Positions 60,388 through 64,000 of a stretch of DNA of 64,000 bases are shown here, piece after piece. A program made the translations under genes and the position numbers. The notes beneath the pieces were generated by a model. That model worked only from the letters and a program-made list of their open reading frames with translations, did not search any database and had not been told where the DNA came from. Each line of letters starts with the position of its first letter. The stretch's first letter is position 1. Source of the DNA: Fonticula alba ATCC 38817 (lineage: Eukaryota > Protista > Nucleariida); assembly GCA_000388065.2 (NCBI GenBank), contig KB932201.1. The stretch is one strand, 5' to 3'.

Positions 60388-62837
60388 AGCGAGCGTTTGT
60401 GACAAAGCAAGGAGAGCGCCAGATGTATCTCCGGAGGAGGATTTCCAGGGAGGGGACAACTGGACGAGGACTGCTCGCAGGCGGGAAGGAGGGCTTCCTG
60501 GGCAAGCAGGCGGACCTAGGGCAGGGGGATGGGTGGACGTTTGCGTGCGAGCATACGTATGCGCGTGTGCGTGGGTGTGTGCGTGTGCGTGGGTGTGCGT
60601 GTGCGTGGGTGTGTTAAGGGAGGGGAGAAAAGGGGTCTAGCCGGCGTCAGAGTGACCAGGGCCTAGGCACCAGCACATTACACCTTGCCCGGGATTGTTG
60701 TGGAGAGTGTGTGTGTGTGTAGCTCATCCGCCACCTGGGCGGGTGGGCGGGTCTTCCACGCCGCGAAACCAGCGCGACGTCTGGGCATCTTTGATCCTGC
60801 GTGGCGGGGAGGGTCCCACTTGGCGGGTGCAAAAACGAAGAGGGGACGCGCCCCCTGGAGAGGATGCCGCGGNNNNNNNNNNNNNNNNNNNNNNNNNNNN
60901 NNNNNNNNNNNNNNNNNNNNNNNNNNNNNNNNNNNNNNNNNNNNNNNNNNNNNNNNNNNNNNNNNNNNNNNNNNNNNNNNNNNNNNNNNNNNNNNNNNNN
61001 NNNNNNNNNNNNNNNNNNNNNNNNNNNNNNGGGGGGGGGGGGGGAGGAGTGGCTGGGAGACGCGTGCAGCGCGGGCCGGGAACAGGTCGCCAAAGGACGC
61101 GCCCAAGCATGCGATAATGTGCAGGCATGCGGGCCGAATGCGCCGGGGTAGGGGACTAGCTTGCGAATGGGATGGCCAGGCCCAGTGCCAGACGGTTGGC
61201 ATGCCGGGCGGTCCCGAAACGACAGAGCGAGAGCGAGAGAGAGAAAGAGAGAGAGGGGGAAAAAAAAGCCCCCAAGACTGGACGACATGCCCCGGCCTCC
61301 CAACGCCCCGCAAGGAAACGGACCGGGAGGCCAGCCCGCAGTGCGTACGTGACAGCGAAATGCCCATCATGGGCACGAGACGGGGGGGGGGGGCCACCGC
61401 CGGCCCGGTCATCGTGGCCAGACACGGCTGCTCCCCCCCCTCCCGGGCCCCGGGGCCCGGCTCTTTGGCGGTCGGGCGCCCCCTCCGCCGCATGCCGTCC
61501 CGCTGGGCCCTGGGCCGGCCGATGAAACGAGCTCCGCCTTCGATCCAGGTTGGGGGGTCAAAGGGAGCGAGCTGGCGGCCGGGCCGGGCCGGGGCAAGGT
61601 GGGCCGGGCCGGGCCGGGCCGGGCCAGGCCCAGGTGTCAAAGGAGCCCGCTATTCGTGCGTCCTCCGTCAGCCCCGAGTGTGAAGGGGGGACCGCACGGG
61701 CCAAGGGCTCGCCGATGGTGCTAATTCGTGGGGCGGGCAGGTGACCCGTGCTGGCCTGTTCCCCCTCTTCCCCCCTCCTCCCCCTGAAGAGTGGGGGACA
61801 GCGCGCGCATTGCCCAGCAAGAGAGGGCCCTGGGCGGAGGGAGGCGGAACCCGGTTTCTCGACGGCGTGTGGAATTGGACCTCGTCCCCGCGCCCCCCCC
61901 CCCCGACCCCTCGGGAGAACAGACCATCAACGGCCAGCCATCTGAGGACCGCGGGACCTAAGGCCATAACAGCGGTCTGGCCATTCCAGCACGCCGGTAG
62001 ACCGCGAGATGCACATGCACTCCCCCCCCGCCCCTGGCCTGGCGCTCAGGCGGGAAAAGCTCGACAGCAAGCACCCGACGCTGGGGCTGAACAGGTCCTG
62101 GGATTAATTATGTGGGCTCTACTGGCTGGGGAGAGAAGGCAGGACTGGGGCGGGGGGGGGGCTGGCGAACGCGCACAGGCGCGAAAAAGGTCCCACCGGC
62201 GCCCCCGCTCCCGCGCCCTTCATCCCGGGGGGGTCCGGGAGGACCAGGCGGAGCCCTCAAACACACCGGCTGGTTGCGTCCAAGCCGGCTCCCTGCGTAG
62301 TCATGCGCCCCCGCGGAAGGCCGAACTCTGGGGGCGGGACGCGGGGGCGGGGGGGGGGGGCCGGGAGGGATGTTTATTTCCCGAGATTGCCCGGGGGCTG
62401 GATATCGTCAAGAGCCAGGGGAGGTGACCTCGCACGCGCGCGCGCGCGCACGCGCGTGCCGGGGCCCGCAGGTGCGTTCATCCCACCCGGCAGGGCTGGC
62501 CCCCGGCGCGAGAACAAGCGGCGCCCGCACGCAAGGGAAAATCTCTTGCAAGGAAAGATAGCCCGCCCACATCGGGGCTGCTGTTCCAGACAGAGGCAGG
62601 CAGCCCCGGTCCAGGCGCCGCGACCAGAACCGGATGCGTTCCCCCCCCCCCCGTGGGGAGATAGACTCCTTTTTCTCTCAAGCCAACCTTGACGGCACCC
62701 GGCGAATAACGAACAATGTGCAGCTGGCTCGGGCAGCTTTCCGATTGAGGCCGGGCTTAGGAGCACACCAGGAAGGACGGGGGGGGGGGGGCAGCGCGGA
62801 CGTGGCCGCCCGTATCGACCCTGCGCGGGTATCCCCA

Positions 62838-62883
62838 GGGGGGCGGGGGCGGGGGCCGGGGCGGGGCGGGGCGGGGCGGGGGG
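62838..62883 (+). other. Strong G-quadruplex-forming motif
   Basis: Eight or more G4-G6 runs separated by one or two C: ggggggcgggggcgggggccggggcggggcggggcggggcgggggg. Confidence 0.6.
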
Positions 62884-64000
62884 ATCTGGAGGACGACAGC
62901 CACTCTCCCGCGCGCCCGGACTCTCTGGCAGTGGACAGTGGCCGCGCTTTCGCCAGGGCGGCTGCGGCCCCAAATACCAACGCGGAGAAGGGCGGAACAG
63001 GACGCATGGAACGGGGCCCGGCGGAACGAGGGACCCGGCCGCACGGTCCAGGGTGCAGAGGGAGGGAATATGTGAAGCGGGGATATTAAATACCGTTATT
63101 GGCCGTTTACAAACGCCGGAGTTCCTTTTCCGCCGCCCCCTCTGGCCTGCCCTGTGCGGCGCGTCCCGGGGAGCCCGGCGCCAGGCCAACCAGGCCTTGC
63201 TACACATGCGCCGGGGGTCCCCCCCCGCTGCTCGGCCTCTCGCCGGGTCGGCCTCCCGAGAGGATGGCGGGCGGCGAGGGCGTGTCCAGCCGGCGGCCGA
63301 GCCGCCCCGCCCGGGTATTATTAGCGCCCAACGCATTGTATCGACAAAACGTGACATTCGATCACATATCACGCCCGACTGCCGCGTGCCCAATCGTTCG
63401 CATGAACTTCCGGCCCCGGCGACGGCGGAGAGGCGCCGCCGCCCCCTGCCGATGTGTCTCTCCAAGGGGGGGGGGAGACCCGCTGGTGTCGGCGGCTCGC
63501 CCGATTTCCGCGCTGCACCGGGCTCCGGACCGTCGAGACGGATCCTCCTGCTTGACATGATGGTGTGCGTTAAAATGAGGACCGGGGGGGGGGGGGGACC
63601 GGCTGGACTGGACAGTGGTTTCTCCCAAGCCGAAGTATGAGGCTTCCGCTTGCCCGCCCTGGGGATGGGCGAGGGCCAGGCAGCGGGGGAGACTTCGCGC
63701 ACCCCTAGGCTCTAGTTCGGGATAGCATCTCATCGGCATCCCCCCCGCTCCCCCTGTTGTTCAACCGAGTGATATTGCGCCAGGCGACCTTGCCCGACAT
63801 GTGTGTGTGTGTGTGTGGCCACCATGCCCGCAAGCCCGTGGCGACCGGGGGCCAAAGCCATCTGGGAGGAGAAGGCCGCGGAGGCCAATCTTCCGTCGAG
63901 AGCCTGTGGCGTGTCGTTCGGCGCGTGTGCCAGGCCAGACATTCGAGTATCTTCGGCGCGACACCCGCGCCTTTGACACTTTCTTGCGTGTGCATCGGTG

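Noticed and set aside
63900-64000. Protein-like frame EPVACRSARVPGQTFEYLRRDTRAFDTFLRVHR running off the window end
   Set aside because: Too short, no recognisable motif, an equally open antisense frame, and no supported start or splice site.

Overview
Eukaryotic draft-assembly DNA: very GC-rich, spliceosomal GT-AG introns full of poly-C/(CT)n/(GT)n tracts, and seven N-gaps. The gene repertoire (ANKFN1-like, animal-type glutaminase and sulfatase, RalGAP-alpha, FANCL, glucuronokinase fusion) and the A/G/S/P-rich insertions suggest a unicellular opisthokont. Fonticula alba is my unverified guess. About 13-14 protein-coding genes can be read after splicing by eye. In order: ANKFN1/Wide-awake-like (5' part outside the window), URM1, IST1, an arylsulfatase (5' part in a gap), an orphan protein with a C-terminal hydrophobic helix, a glutaminase-like locus, TRAPPC2L, FANCL-like E3, a nucleotidyltransferase-glucuronokinase fusion, OSGEP/KAE1, RalGAP-alpha, NUP205 and a large low-complexity orphan. 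No rRNA, tRNA, CRISPR array or transposon was recognised. The most striking observation is the glutaminase-like gene. It is intact and conserved and keeps the substrate-binding residues, but all three catalytic residues are replaced (Ser>Ala and Lys>Thr in the SxxK motif, Tyr>Asn in SCGMY). That makes it a candidate pseudo-enzyme, glutamine sensor or scaffold. A 315-codon upstream ORF overlaps it by ATGA in the -1 frame. All homology calls come from motif recall, not database searches, and reference residue numbers are from memory.
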